Virus record (IMG/VR): IMGVR_UViG_3300042370_000007
Location: 3,188-67,187 of that record
Strand: one strand, 5' to 3'
Source: a virus
DNA: 64,000 nucleotides
Notes under the pieces: generated by a model
Seen by the model: only the letters and a program-made list of their open reading frames with translations
What the model was told of the DNA's origin: nothing
Database searches by the model: none
Shown: positions 47,038 through 56,249 of the stretch, one piece after another
Numbering within the stretch: the first letter of the stretch is position 1
How the letters are laid out: the number at the start of each line of letters is the position of its first letter
Made by a program: the position numbers and the translations under genes

Positions 47038-47587
47038 CCGGCTGGCCGATCAGGGCGGGATCGACCAGGTCTTCCTGGCGGAACGGGCGGACCAGCATGC
47101 GCACGCCGCGACCGGTATCGGCCCAGGCGACGTGCCAGGCATCGACGAGGCTGTCGTCGCGGATAATGCCGGCAGTCTTCAGGATGTCGCCCAGCGCCTT
47201 CAGCCTGTTGTCGGCGTCGGCGCGCGGCCGGCGGCGCATCGCCACCACCACCGTGACCTTGCCGGAAACCCGCCCGACCCTGGCCCTGCCGATCGTGTCC
47301 AGCGCCTCGGCGATCCAGAGCCGGTAGACCTTCGTCTTGACCCGGCCGACACCCGGCACATTGGTGAAGCAGCGCGACAGCGCCGGAGGCATCTTCAGGT
47401 CGAGCCGGACATGCTCCCGCTCCCGTCCCTGTTCGGACGGCAGGTCCCAGGCCAGCGCGGCCATGCTGCCCTTCGCGCTGCGCCGCTCGCGCGGCCGCGC
47501 CTTCAGCGGCGACACCGACACGATCTTGGCGGCGCTCCGATGCAGCATCTTCTGCAAGGCAGCGAGGTTGCGCGGGCGGCTCGACAT
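47021..47587 (-). CDS. rusA: RusA-family Holliday junction resolvase
   Basis: DADNRLKALGD...IIRDDSLV catalytic pattern. Confidence 0.85.
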   Translation of the reverse strand: MSSRPRNLAALQKMLHRSAAKIVSVSPLKARPRERRSAKGSMAALAWDLPSEQGREREHVRLDLKMPPALSRCFTNVPGVGRVKTKVYRLWIAEALDTIGRARVGRVSGKVTVVVAMRRRPRADADNRLKALGDILKTAGIIRDDSLVDAWHVAWADTGRGVRMLVRPFRQEDLVDPALIGQPGDDAR

Positions 47588-48546
47588 CAGCGCGGCCCCG
47601 GAAATCGAGCGACCTTCGGATCAGTCTCGGGTTCGCTCGCGGTTTCCGCCGGCAGGTCAACGGCGAGAGCCAGCGGCCAGCTCATCGCCCGGATGGCGAC
47701 GTCTTCGACCTTGTGGGTCCAGAGGCGCGGCTTTCCGAGATCCGGGTGCGGGCTAACCGCCGCAATCGCCCGCGCGAACACGGCCTCGCGCTGCATCGGC
47801 CAGCTCAGCTTGTGGCCGAGCACGAGATTGCGCTTGACGTTCTCGCACAGCCCGCGGATCAGGGCAGGCGATGCTGTTTCCAGCGCCTCGGCGAATAGCT
47901 CCACCTGACGCGACGGCATGCCGTAGGGCGCAAGGTAGCGCTTGATGATTTCCTGTCGTTCGGTCTGCCCCGGCAAGGCCAGTTCGATATGGATGTCGAA
48001 GCGCCGCCAGACGGCCGGATCAACCCGGTCCGCGTGGTTCGTCGCCGCGATGACGAAACCGTTGTGCCGGTCCATCGCCTGCAGCAGCGCGTTGATCGCG
48101 GAATTGCGATCGTCATCAGCGGCCTGCTGGGCGGCGCGGCGCTCGCCGGCCACCGAGTCGAACTCATCCAGAAACAGGATCACCGGATCGGCCTGGGCCG
48201 TTGCCACAGCGAAGAGTTCGCCGATGTTGCGGGCGTGCTCGCCGACATACTTGCTCGACAGACGCTCGGGTTGCACCGCGAGCATCCGGAGCCGCAGGCG
48301 CGCCGCCAGGTGATGGGCAAGGGTCGTCTTGCCGACGCCCGGCGGCCCCGAGAACATGGCGCGGCGGCGGGGCGTCAACCCGACCGCCTGCAACTCGTGG
48401 TCGGCCCAGATCTCCTCAAGCCATTCCAGCAACGCCGACTTGATGTCCGGCGCCAGGATCGGCTCGGATGCCGCGTCCGGCATCAGCACGTCGCCGAACT
48501 GCAGCAGGTGACGCTGATGATCGTCGAACGCCCTCGACCGTGCCAT
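47587..48546 (-). CDS. AAA+ ATPase
   Basis: GPPGVGKT, LFLDEFD, AATN...DPAVWRRFD. Confidence 0.9.
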   Translation of the reverse strand: MARSRAFDDHQRHLLQFGDVLMPDAASEPILAPDIKSALLEWLEEIWADHELQAVGLTPRRRAMFSGPPGVGKTTLAHHLAARLRLRMLAVQPERLSSKYVGEHARNIGELFAVATAQADPVILFLDEFDSVAGERRAAQQAADDDRNSAINALLQAMDRHNGFVIAATNHADRVDPAVWRRFDIHIELALPGQTERQEIIKRYLAPYGMPSRQVELFAEALETASPALIRGLCENVKRNLVLGHKLSWPMQREAVFARAIAAVSPHPDLGKPRLWTHKVEDVAIRAMSWPLALAVDLPAETASEPETDPKVARFPGPR

Positions 48547-49268
48547 CAGGTCTTAGGCCCCATGCCGTCCGAGCCGGACTCGGCGCGCCATCCCTTGTCG
48601 AACCGCGGCTGTCGCGGGTCGCGGAAGGGGAACGGATTGTCGAGCACGGGGCGGCCATCCCGCGCATATTGGCGGCCAAGTTCCTCCGCCCCGGCTTCAT
48701 CGACATCGGGCAGGTCGAGCGACTTCTGCTTTGCCGGTTCGCTGGCCTTGGAGGGCTTTGCCCCATCCCCGCCCCCGCAGTCAGCGTCCGCCTCCTTGTT
48801 GTCAGCGCCGCTCGCGCCGCCTCGCGCTGCATCGCTGGGCTTGCCGGCGGACCGGGGCGTAACCAGTTCGGCGACGATCTTGCCGCCGCGGTCCCGGGTG
48901 ATGCGAATGCCTCCGTGGGAGGTATTGATCAGGATCTGGCCCGACTTCGGCACCATCCCCGCCAGCGCGCCCAGCAGGATCGCGGCTTCGTTGTCTTGGG
49001 CGACCTCGTGCCCCGAGGTTTCGACGGGCATCTCGACCGCTTCGCGATAGAGCTGCATCATCTCGTCCATCTCGCGCAGCGCGGCGCGGTCGAGCTTGCG
49101 CAGCTTGATCACGTTGCGGATGATCTTGACGTCGAAGCCGTTCGACTTGGCTTCGGCGTAGACCTCCTTGATGTCGTCGGCGATGCCCTTCTTCTCTTCC
49201 TCAAGGCGTTCGACGCGAGAGACGATCTGTTGCAGTTGCTCGGCGGCGATACCCACGACATTGGCCAT
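48546..49268 (-). CDS. GapR/DUF2312 (UPF0335) domain protein with long C-terminal extension
   Basis: QLQQIVSRVERLEEEKKGIADDIKEVYAEAKSNGFDVKIIRNVIKLRK. Confidence 0.9.
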   Translation of the reverse strand: MANVVGIAAEQLQQIVSRVERLEEEKKGIADDIKEVYAEAKSNGFDVKIIRNVIKLRKLDRAALREMDEMMQLYREAVEMPVETSGHEVAQDNEAAILLGALAGMVPKSGQILINTSHGGIRITRDRGGKIVAELVTPRSAGKPSDAARGGASGADNKEADADCGGGDGAKPSKASEPAKQKSLDLPDVDEAGAEELGRQYARDGRPVLDNPFPFRDPRQPRFDKGWRAESGSDGMGPKT

Positions 49269-49270
49269 GG

Positions 49271-49594
49271 TCAGTTCTCCCGGATGGTTGCCGCGGGCGC
49301 GGCGGTGCCTCCCGAAAGGACCGGCGCCACGGCGGAGGTAGTGGCGCCGGCCAAGTCGTGGGAGGAAACAGCCGGACGCACTCCGGCGGGCGACGCCGGC
49401 AGGGCCGGCATTTCGTCGGCCGCTTCGGCGGCCGAATGGATGAGACGGGTGACGAAATGATGGGACTTGCCCATCGCGCCGCCCCTGGCGATACCCGGTC
49501 GAGTTCCGCCCGCCGCCACGACATAGGCGGCGGCGGCAATCGGGCCGCTCAAGGCACTTGTCGTCATGAGCTGCCGCCGGGTCGCCGAGGTCAT
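49271..49594 (-). CDS. Hypothetical protein
   Basis: Coupled ORF starting MTSATRR. Confidence 0.4.
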   Translation of the reverse strand: MTSATRRQLMTTSALSGPIAAAAYVVAAGGTRPGIARGGAMGKSHHFVTRLIHSAAEAADEMPALPASPAGVRPAVSSHDLAGATTSAVAPVLSGGTAAPAATIREN

Positions 49595-50016
49595 GCGGCA
49601 CCTGCCGGCTGCTGAAGCAGGCTGGCGCGCGCGTCGAAGGCGCGATATCGGAAGATCGCGATCAGCAGCGCGACCGTCTCCGCCGGGCTGGCGCCGATGA
49701 AGCTCCGCCCGTGCCGCAGGCTGGCAACGGTCGCCGAGGCCTCGCCCGCCACGTAGGCCATGCAATAGCTGATCGGCTGCGGCAGCAGTGCCCGGGCCGC
49801 CACAAAGTCGACCACCGGATGCGGGCGGTGATCCTGGACGCCGTACTGCCGCGGCTCGCCTTGCCGCCGCCAGACCACGCGCCCATAGACGCCCGGATGG
49901 TCCTCGGTGAACCATCCGTCGGCGCGCAGCACCTGGTCGGACAGCGCGCGGTCGAGAACGGGGTCGTGGCTGCGCCACGCCTCGAGCTGCTGGATCAGGC
50001 CCTCGTGATCGAACAT
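49591..50016 (-). CDS. Hypothetical protein
   Basis: Starts MFDHEG, coupled to the methylase stop. Confidence 0.6.
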   Translation of the reverse strand: MFDHEGLIQQLEAWRSHDPVLDRALSDQVLRADGWFTEDHPGVYGRVVWRRQGEPRQYGVQDHRPHPVVDFVAARALLPQPISYCMAYVAGEASATVASLRHGRSFIGASPAETVALLIAIFRYRAFDARASLLQQPAGAA

Positions 50017-52190
50017 CAGGCAGCCATCCTTTCGAGCGATGGATCGAAGGCATCGGGCGCATTCGCCTCGACCAGCAGGCGGGCCATGCGCGGCGGGACG
50101 CTGTTGCCCACCAGGCGCATGGCCTGGGTCTTGTTCAGCGGCTGGCGCAGCATGACGACCTTGCCGTCGTCGCCGATCACCGGCTGGCCCTTCAGGGGGC
50201 CGCGGGTGTGGCGCTTCGGGAGCTCGATGGTCTCGGGAAGGCGCAGTTCGTGCGCGGCCGCGGCCTCGTGGGGCCGCAACATACGCATTCCGATATCGGC
50301 GATGATGTAGGGGCCGACCGTCACGAACTCGCCTGGGCCATCCCATGCGCCGTACTTCCTCAGGAAGGCCGCGACCTGCCGGGCCCGCGCCAGCTGCGCA
50401 TCGGTCAGCGGCGGCGCCTGCATCTCGGCCATGGCCGGGGCGAAGCGATCCCGCGTCGGCTGGGTGTTCAGCCCGTCGCGCATATCCTGGTGCTGGCCGC
50501 CGGTGCCGTAGTATTCGGCGATGAACGCCGCGCCGACCCCGACATGATCGCCGCCCTTGCCGCCGCCGGTGGCCAGGGTGCGCATGGCGTCCTCGACCGA
50601 GGTCGGAACGCCGGTACCGCGCTGGTGGACCAGGAGGGCCGCCGCCACCTGCTGCTGGTTGGGCACCGTGGTGATGACACCGAGGCCTTCGCCGAGGTCG
50701 CGCCCGACATTGCCGGTGTTGTGCTGGGCGAGCCACGCGGCCCCGACCGCTACCGGACCTTCGCGGGTGACCAGCGCTGGCACCGGATCGAGGGGCGAAT
50801 GCCCGACCATGCCGGTGTTGTTCTGGACCAGCCAGGTGCCGGCCAGCGCGTGGTGCTCGACCGCCGTCTGAGCACCGAGGGCCCGGTCGATCGGCTGACC
50901 GACCGAGTTGCCGCGATGCTCGGCCACGAAGGTCGACATCACCGCGAACTCTCCGCCCTTGACCCCGGCGGTAAACGTCGGCGCGGCATCGGCACCATCA
51001 TGGGCGGCGCGGCGCTTGCCCTTGGTCCGATGCGTGGTCGAGACCAGCGTCGGCACGGCGAGGCCGATCTCGCCGCGATGTGCCCCGGTGATCGTCGTCA
51101 TCGCGTCGGCCAGATCGAGCGGCGGGCGCTGGCCCTGGTGGGTCAGTCGCACCAGGAAGGGCTGCGCGGCCTGCAGCACGAAGCGCTTGACGCCATCGGC
51201 CAGCCGCTGTTCGGTCGCGCGGACGAGGGCCTTCTCGCGGTCGAAGATCGAGTTGATCGGCAGCGACCAGTCGATGATCTGCGCGGCCGGCACGTGCGGC
51301 AACAGCCGGCCGGAACGGACCGTTTCCTCATGCCGGTAATCGTGGGTCTGTTCGGGCCACGCGATCGCGCCACCATCGTAGCGGGCGACGCCGAACAGGC
51401 GCTTGCGGGTGGTCGGCACGCCGTAATGGCCGATCACGAGGTCGCGATCCTGGTACACGCCGCCGAAGCCGAGCATGTGCTTGACCCAGCGCCGGTACCG
51501 GCGGCCGGCCTTGCGCTTGTTGGTGTCGCGCGTCAGTGCCTGCAGCTTGCGCGGCACGACCTCGCCCGGTGCCGCGACGGTCCCGTCGACCTTGATCACG
51601 CGGCCGGTGAGCTTGCAGCGCTTGGCGATCAGCCGCGACCAGGACCGGATCTCGCGGACGTTCTCGAGGAAAACCATGTCCGGACCCAGACCGCGCTTGC
51701 GATGCGTGCCGGTCCAACGGCACAGCTGCCAGGGCATCGACCGGACGCGGTTCGATAGCAGCGCGCCGCCCACCGCGACCGAATGGTGGGTGCAATCCGG
51801 GCTGCCCCAAAGGATCCTGATCCGCCGGCCGCGTGTCGCCTTCAACGGGTCGACCTCGAAGATATCGGCCTGGATGTGCTCGGTATGGGGGTGCAACGCC
51901 CGATGCGCGGCAATTGCGACTTCGTCGTGGTTCAGCGCGATGTGGACCGGGTAGCCGGCATCCTCGATACCCTGGCAGGCCCCGCCGACACCCGCGAACA
52001 GCACCACGTTGATACCGTCGCCCAACTTCCAGGCACGGCGCCGCTCGTCCGCCAGCCTGCGGCGATCGGTGCGGCTGGTCGCCCGGCGCTCGCCGCGCAT
52101 CGGACCCGGCCGCCGGCCACGCGGCAGGCTGGGCGCCTCGTGGTCGAACAGATCGCCAGCCGTGGCAATGGCCTTCGCGTGTTGCGCCAT
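50016..52190 (-). CDS. dcm: DNA (cytosine-5)-methyltransferase with long repetitive variable region
   Basis: LFAGVGG, SPDC, FLENVRE, PTTRKRLF and GNSVPP motifs. Confidence 0.93.
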   Translation of the reverse strand: MAQHAKAIATAGDLFDHEAPSLPRGRRPGPMRGERRATSRTDRRRLADERRRAWKLGDGINVVLFAGVGGACQGIEDAGYPVHIALNHDEVAIAAHRALHPHTEHIQADIFEVDPLKATRGRRIRILWGSPDCTHHSVAVGGALLSNRVRSMPWQLCRWTGTHRKRGLGPDMVFLENVREIRSWSRLIAKRCKLTGRVIKVDGTVAAPGEVVPRKLQALTRDTNKRKAGRRYRRWVKHMLGFGGVYQDRDLVIGHYGVPTTRKRLFGVARYDGGAIAWPEQTHDYRHEETVRSGRLLPHVPAAQIIDWSLPINSIFDREKALVRATEQRLADGVKRFVLQAAQPFLVRLTHQGQRPPLDLADAMTTITGAHRGEIGLAVPTLVSTTHRTKGKRRAAHDGADAAPTFTAGVKGGEFAVMSTFVAEHRGNSVGQPIDRALGAQTAVEHHALAGTWLVQNNTGMVGHSPLDPVPALVTREGPVAVGAAWLAQHNTGNVGRDLGEGLGVITTVPNQQQVAAALLVHQRGTGVPTSVEDAMRTLATGGGKGGDHVGVGAAFIAEYYGTGGQHQDMRDGLNTQPTRDRFAPAMAEMQAPPLTDAQLARARQVAAFLRKYGAWDGPGEFVTVGPYIIADIGMRMLRPHEAAAAHELRLPETIELPKRHTRGPLKGQPVIGDDGKVVMLRQPLNKTQAMRLVGNSVPPRMARLLVEANAPDAFDPSLERMAA

Positions 52191-52269
52191 CAGCACACCC
52201 TCGCTGCTGATCCCGTCAAGGCTGATGCCGCCGCGGCTGAACGCGTGAACAGCGCTTGATCTGGCCGCG

Positions 52270-53103
52270 TCATGCCGTGCCCTCCATGGCCATGCCGGCG
52301 AGGGCATGACGCGTCGCGGCCGCCCGCTGCACGTCGGCCGGTGCGGGCTGGCCGAGGTCGGCCCCCGGATCGGCGAAGGCCGGCAGGCGCAGGTTTTCCA
52401 GGAACCGCATGCGGCTGGCGTGGATCAGCACCGTCTCGATCGGCACGCCATCGACAGTGACGATCACCCCGGCCTCGACCCCGTCGGCCCCATAGACCGG
52501 GAATGCGCGCCGCATCAGCGGCGGGTGGCTGACCGAGATGCACCATGACCAGCGATAGTTCGCGGTGGCGATCAGTGTCAGCAGGCGGACCAGCAGGCGG
52601 TTGACGCGGCTGTCGGCCGTGGTGTGCTGGCGCGACACCCACAGCCCGCCGGCGACGGCCACGTCGCAGGAGCGGATTTCGGTGGCCTTGGCGGCGCGGC
52701 AGATCACCGCCTCGCCGTCCGGCGCCTGGCGCGGATCGGCGTAGAGCAGCGTCCGGCTTTCCAGCGCCTCGCGCAGCGTGCCGTCGATCCAGCGGATGCG
52801 GACCGAGCCTGACGCTACCGGGCGGCCCCCATCGGTGAGAACCACGATCGCGGTGTCGTGCCGGCCGGCCTCGGGATGCAGGGCGGCCCGCGAAAGCTGG
52901 TAGAAGCTGGCGCGGTCCGGATCCTCTGCCTTGATCGCGGCCAGTGTGCCGAGGTCATGGCTGACCCAGGGGACGAGGCCGGCCTCGCAGGCCGCGTTGA
53001 CCAGCCTCGGGGCGGTATCGAGCCCTACCGCCTGCCGGTCGGCGCGGCCGAGCGCGTCGCCGGTGAGGGCGTCGAGATAGGGAACGGCGCCGGGCACGAT
53101 CAT
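52270..53103 (-). CDS. Putative GNAT/autoinducer-synthase-fold protein
   Basis: PVASGSVR strand and AGGLWVSRQH motif-A-like segment (inference); coupled to the HTH-PAS gene. Confidence 0.4.
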   Translation of the reverse strand: MIVPGAVPYLDALTGDALGRADRQAVGLDTAPRLVNAACEAGLVPWVSHDLGTLAAIKAEDPDRASFYQLSRAALHPEAGRHDTAIVVLTDGGRPVASGSVRIRWIDGTLREALESRTLLYADPRQAPDGEAVICRAAKATEIRSCDVAVAGGLWVSRQHTTADSRVNRLLVRLLTLIATANYRWSWCISVSHPPLMRRAFPVYGADGVEAGVIVTVDGVPIETVLIHASRMRFLENLRLPAFADPGADLGQPAPADVQRAAATRHALAGMAMEGTA

Positions 53104-54212
53104 CAGCCGATCGCCCCGCCGGCCCGCGGGGCCTGATAGATGTCGGCCAGGGACAGTACGAAAGGCAGGCCGCCCGGCCCGGCCAACGGCAGGGCCAGCC
53201 GGCGATAGGCGCCACCGTCGAACCGGGTTCGGATGGCGAGATCGTGCAGGGCCGGCTGGCCCTCGGCCATTACCGCGTCCAGCTGGGCCGCGACCATGTC
53301 GCCGTAGACCTGGTCGCGCATGTCGGCGAGGCGGCGGCCATCGAGATCGCGGCGCAGGCAGGTGCCCGGCCCGGCCGAGACCACGGTCCACCCGTCATCG
53401 TCGCGCCGCAGCAGCGAGGCACGCTCGTGCCCGGGCAGCGTGCGCAGTTCGGCCAGCATGCTGTCGAGCGGCGCGGCACGGCCGCACCATGCCCGGCGCA
53501 ATGCGACCTGGGCCGGGTCGGCCATCGTGTCGGGGTTCAGCCGTGCCGCCCGGATGCTGGTGGAAATCTGGTCGGCCAGATCGACATTCGCGGCAGCGGC
53601 CTCGAGCGCGGCGACGGCGGCGCGCAGCGTATCGTACCGGCGGGCGGCCCAGGCCTCGCCCTGCAGCGTTCTGATCTCGATATCGAGCCAGGCTCTGCCC
53701 TGCTCGGCCAGCCATGCCGCCGCCCGCCGCGCCGCCTCGGGGCTGACCCCGACCGCCTTGCGGATGATCAGGCGCCCGTCGGTGCGGGCCGTAAGCTCGA
53801 CCCAGCCGAGCATGCGCAGCGCATAGACCGGCGCGTCGACCTGGGCCGCGGGATGCAGCCGCAGCACCTCGCGCACATGCTGGGCCGGGCCATGGGGCGC
53901 GGTGACCATGTGGCCATCGTCGCTGATCACGAAGGCCCGATCGCCTGCAGGCACGGCGGCGGGCCGGCGCGCGGCCATCTCGGGGAACACCTCGGCCAGC
54001 AGGTCGAAATCGCCGCGGGCGGCGAAGAACCGGTCCAGCTCGGCGATGCCGTCGACCGGCGCGGCCACCTCGTCGCGCATCCAGCGGCCGATCGTATCGG
54101 CGCTGCGGCCGACGCCCGCCGCCGCGACCTTCTGGGAGACGGATTTGCCCGGACCGATGCGACGGTCGAGGGCGGCGGCGAGGCGCTGGCGCGCCGACGC
54201 GCTGGCGATCAT
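53103..54212 (-). CDS. CII-position HTH protein with C-terminal PAS-like domain
   Basis: N-terminal QKVAAAGVGRSADTIGRW HTH; C-terminal VSAGPG...DGRRLAD...YRRLALPL PAS-like pattern. Confidence 0.6.
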   Translation of the reverse strand: MIASASARQRLAAALDRRIGPGKSVSQKVAAAGVGRSADTIGRWMRDEVAAPVDGIAELDRFFAARGDFDLLAEVFPEMAARRPAAVPAGDRAFVISDDGHMVTAPHGPAQHVREVLRLHPAAQVDAPVYALRMLGWVELTARTDGRLIIRKAVGVSPEAARRAAAWLAEQGRAWLDIEIRTLQGEAWAARRYDTLRAAVAALEAAAANVDLADQISTSIRAARLNPDTMADPAQVALRRAWCGRAAPLDSMLAELRTLPGHERASLLRRDDDGWTVVSAGPGTCLRRDLDGRRLADMRDQVYGDMVAAQLDAVMAEGQPALHDLAIRTRFDGGAYRRLALPLAGPGGLPFVLSLADIYQAPRAGGAIG

Positions 54213-54637
54213 GCGGTTTCCCCGTTGTGCTGTTGGGTCTGAAGGGGCTGGCCGGCCGTGGCGGCGGCATGCAGATCTGCCTGACCGCGGGTGCAGACAT
54301 GCGCGGTGGCCTGGTACATCCTGGCGCCATGGAGATCGATGTCGCTCAGACCGGATGCACGAAAGACGAGGCCCAGATCGGCCGGGTGCATGCGCGTCGG
54401 CCGGAAGGGGCCATAGGCCGACATCCTCGGCCGGTTCGCGCCGCCTCGCTCCCGGATCGGGACGCCGTAGCGATGCAGGATCCCGTGGATCGCGCTGCGG
54501 CTCAGGCTCGTCTGCCGGGCGATATCCGGCATCGACAGACGATCGACCGTGTAGAGGCGGCAAACCCGGAAATCGCGCGCTTCGAGCTTCTGCCGGAAGC
54601 CGGGCGCGACGTCGCCCATGTCGTCCGCATCCGTCAT
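54209..54637 (-). CDS. HTH DNA-binding protein
   Basis: RLYTVDRLSMPDIARQTSLSRSAIHGIL. Confidence 0.7.
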   Translation of the reverse strand: MTDADDMGDVAPGFRQKLEARDFRVCRLYTVDRLSMPDIARQTSLSRSAIHGILHRYGVPIRERGGANRPRMSAYGPFRPTRMHPADLGLVFRASGLSDIDLHGARMYQATAHVCTRGQADLHAAATAGQPLQTQQHNGETA

Positions 54638-54694
54638 GCGCGGCCACCCGCCCGGACCGGGGCGACGATGGCGAAGGCCCGTGCGATCGCCATC

Positions 54695-54892
54695 TCAGCG
54701 CCTCACCATCAGCCGGCCGGCACCCAGCGCCAGGCCGATGGCAAACAGGATGAACAGCGCCGCCAGCACCTCGCGCCCGGCGGCGATGAAGCCGATGGCC
54801 GCGGCGATGCAACCGAGGAACAGCACGGCGGCGAACAGCAGGATGAGTATCCGGCCGACCTGGTCGCAGGCGTCGGAGAAGAACCAGTTCAT
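54695..54892 (-). CDS. Small two-TM membrane protein
   Basis: Two hydrophobic helices. Confidence 0.55.
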   Translation of the reverse strand: MNWFFSDACDQVGRILILLFAAVLFLGCIAAAIGFIAAGREVLAALFILFAIGLALGAGRLMVRR

Positions 54893-55087
54893 CTAGCCGC
54901 TCTCCCCGTTGCGGGAGCGCACCCAGTCGAGCCCGTCCTCGCCCTCGGCGAGGTCGGCCGGCTCGGGATGGGTGTAGGCGCGCCAGAGGCGCCATGCGCC
55001 GTAGACGATCAGCCCGATCGTGCCGCCGCTGAGGGCGGCCCAGACCAGGACCAGGGCGATCTGCCGGAGGTCGAGCAGGTCGGTCAT
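54893..55087 (-). CDS. Small single-TM membrane protein
   Basis: Hydrophobic N-half; coupled ORF. Confidence 0.55.
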   Translation of the reverse strand: MTDLLDLRQIALVLVWAALSGGTIGLIVYGAWRLWRAYTHPEPADLAEGEDGLDWVRSRNGESG

Positions 55088-55293
55088 GGGCGCACCGCAG
55101 GGCTCGGATCGGTTTCGGCCGCAAGCGCGGCGATCAGTTCATCCGTCGTCAGCAGGCGACGGATCGGGGGGCGCGGCTGATGGATATCGGTGAGCGGTTG
55201 CGCCATCGCCCGAGGCGGCCGATGCGCATGCAGCACGAAGGCGGCCAGCGCCTGCCCGCGGCCATCGGAGGCGAGCATCGCGGCCGGCGCCAT
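55084..55293 (-). CDS. Small hypothetical protein
   Basis: TGATG coupling with cro. Confidence 0.45.
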   Translation of the reverse strand: MAPAAMLASDGRGQALAAFVLHAHRPPRAMAQPLTDIHQPRPPIRRLLTTDELIAALAAETDPSPAVRP

Positions 55294-55511
55294 CAGGCGG
55301 CCTCACCGGTTCGGGTAGCCTCGACCGGCGCGTGCTTGGCGATAAGTCGCTGCGCTTTTTCAACCAATTCAAGGTTGGCCCGGCGCCCACGCCGCAGATC
55401 GAAGACAAAATTCGGATCGCTGACAGCCTCCTTGCCGAAAGCAGTCGCCGTCATGCCCGATGCTTTCAGGAACGCCTCGATCTCGGCCAGGAACGTTTCG
55501 CGCGTCAACAT
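55293..55511 (-). CDS. cro: Cro-like repressor
   Basis: 72-aa HTH (FLKASGMTATAFGKEAVSDPNFVFDLRRGR), divergent from cI. Confidence 0.85.
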   Translation of the reverse strand: MLTRETFLAEIEAFLKASGMTATAFGKEAVSDPNFVFDLRRGRRANLELVEKAQRLIAKHAPVEATRTGEAA

Positions 55512-55607
55512 AGGCCTATTGTGTAGGCCTATTCCTATTTGTCAAGCGGCATCGATAGGCATGTTCCTAGTGGGCGGCAACAGGAACCCGAAATAGGATG
55601 CTTCCTA
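55512..55607. promoter_or_regulatory. OR region: PR plus three TAGG-N6-CCTA operators
   Basis: Operators at 55524-37, 55556-69 and 55594-607; minus-strand TTGACA at 55540-45. Confidence 0.8.
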
Positions 55608-56068
55608 TGTCCGAACATGTGCGCCAGCTGGTTCTGAACCGCATCAAAGAACTGAGCCTCAACATGCGAGAGGTCTCGATTTCGCTGGGCAAAAATCACG
55701 CATACATTCAGCAGTTCATCGAACGCGGCGTACCGGCCTCTCTAAAAGAGGACGTCCGAGATGAACTTGCGAAAATCCTACAAGTTTCAGCCGATGATCT
55801 TCGCAGTCAGCCGAGAGTTGTTCTAAAGCCAGATACTCGACCGAACTTGTCCGAACGCGATACAAGCTTGCCGGTAAAACCTGGGCAGAGCTTCAATTTG
55901 ATAAACTATGACCTGTTGCGGCGATCTATTGCGGCCGCCTGTAGTATCTACGAGGGAAAGCCAACCGACCCCGGGAAACTCGCGAGGAAGGCAATTCAGA
56001 TTTATCGGAACGAGGAGCCCGATGAAGCAACCGCCCGCGAAGATGAACTTCAAGGGCCTGGACAGTAA
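55598..56068 (+). CDS. cI: CI-like repressor lacking the S24 autopeptidase domain
   Basis: MREVSISLGKNHAYIQQFIERGVP HTH typical of alphaproteobacterial phage repressors; only 156 aa with no Ser-Lys peptidase motif. Confidence 0.75.
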   Translation: MLPMSEHVRQLVLNRIKELSLNMREVSISLGKNHAYIQQFIERGVPASLKEDVRDELAKILQVSADDLRSQPRVVLKPDTRPNLSERDTSLPVKPGQSFNLINYDLLRRSIAAACSIYEGKPTDPGKLARKAIQIYRNEEPDEATAREDELQGPGQ

Positions 56069-56204
56069 GGCTGTAGAATGACGCGCAACCACGGACCGCG
56101 GCCGCCTCGGCATCTTCAGCACTGAACCCTTCCGCCACCAGCTCGGCGAAGAAGCGCTCAAACGTCGCTTCGATCCTGCTCCCGGTCATCGTCACCCCGA
56201 AACG

Positions 56205-56224
56205 GCGGGGGCTTTCGCCCCCGC
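56205..56224 (-). terminator. Hairpin/terminator between converging cI and the 56250 ORF
   Basis: GCGGGGGC-GAAA-GCCCCCGC on the minus strand followed by CGTTT. Confidence 0.5.
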
Positions 56225-56249
56225 ACAATGAACGCTCAGCCTATGCGCA

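Noticed and set aside
55926-56189. Small minus-strand ORF (MTGSRIEATFERFF...) as an antirepressor
   Set aside because: It overlaps the cI 3' end antisense, lacks a clear RBS and follows a terminator-like hairpin. It cannot be supported, though ribosome profiling could revive it.
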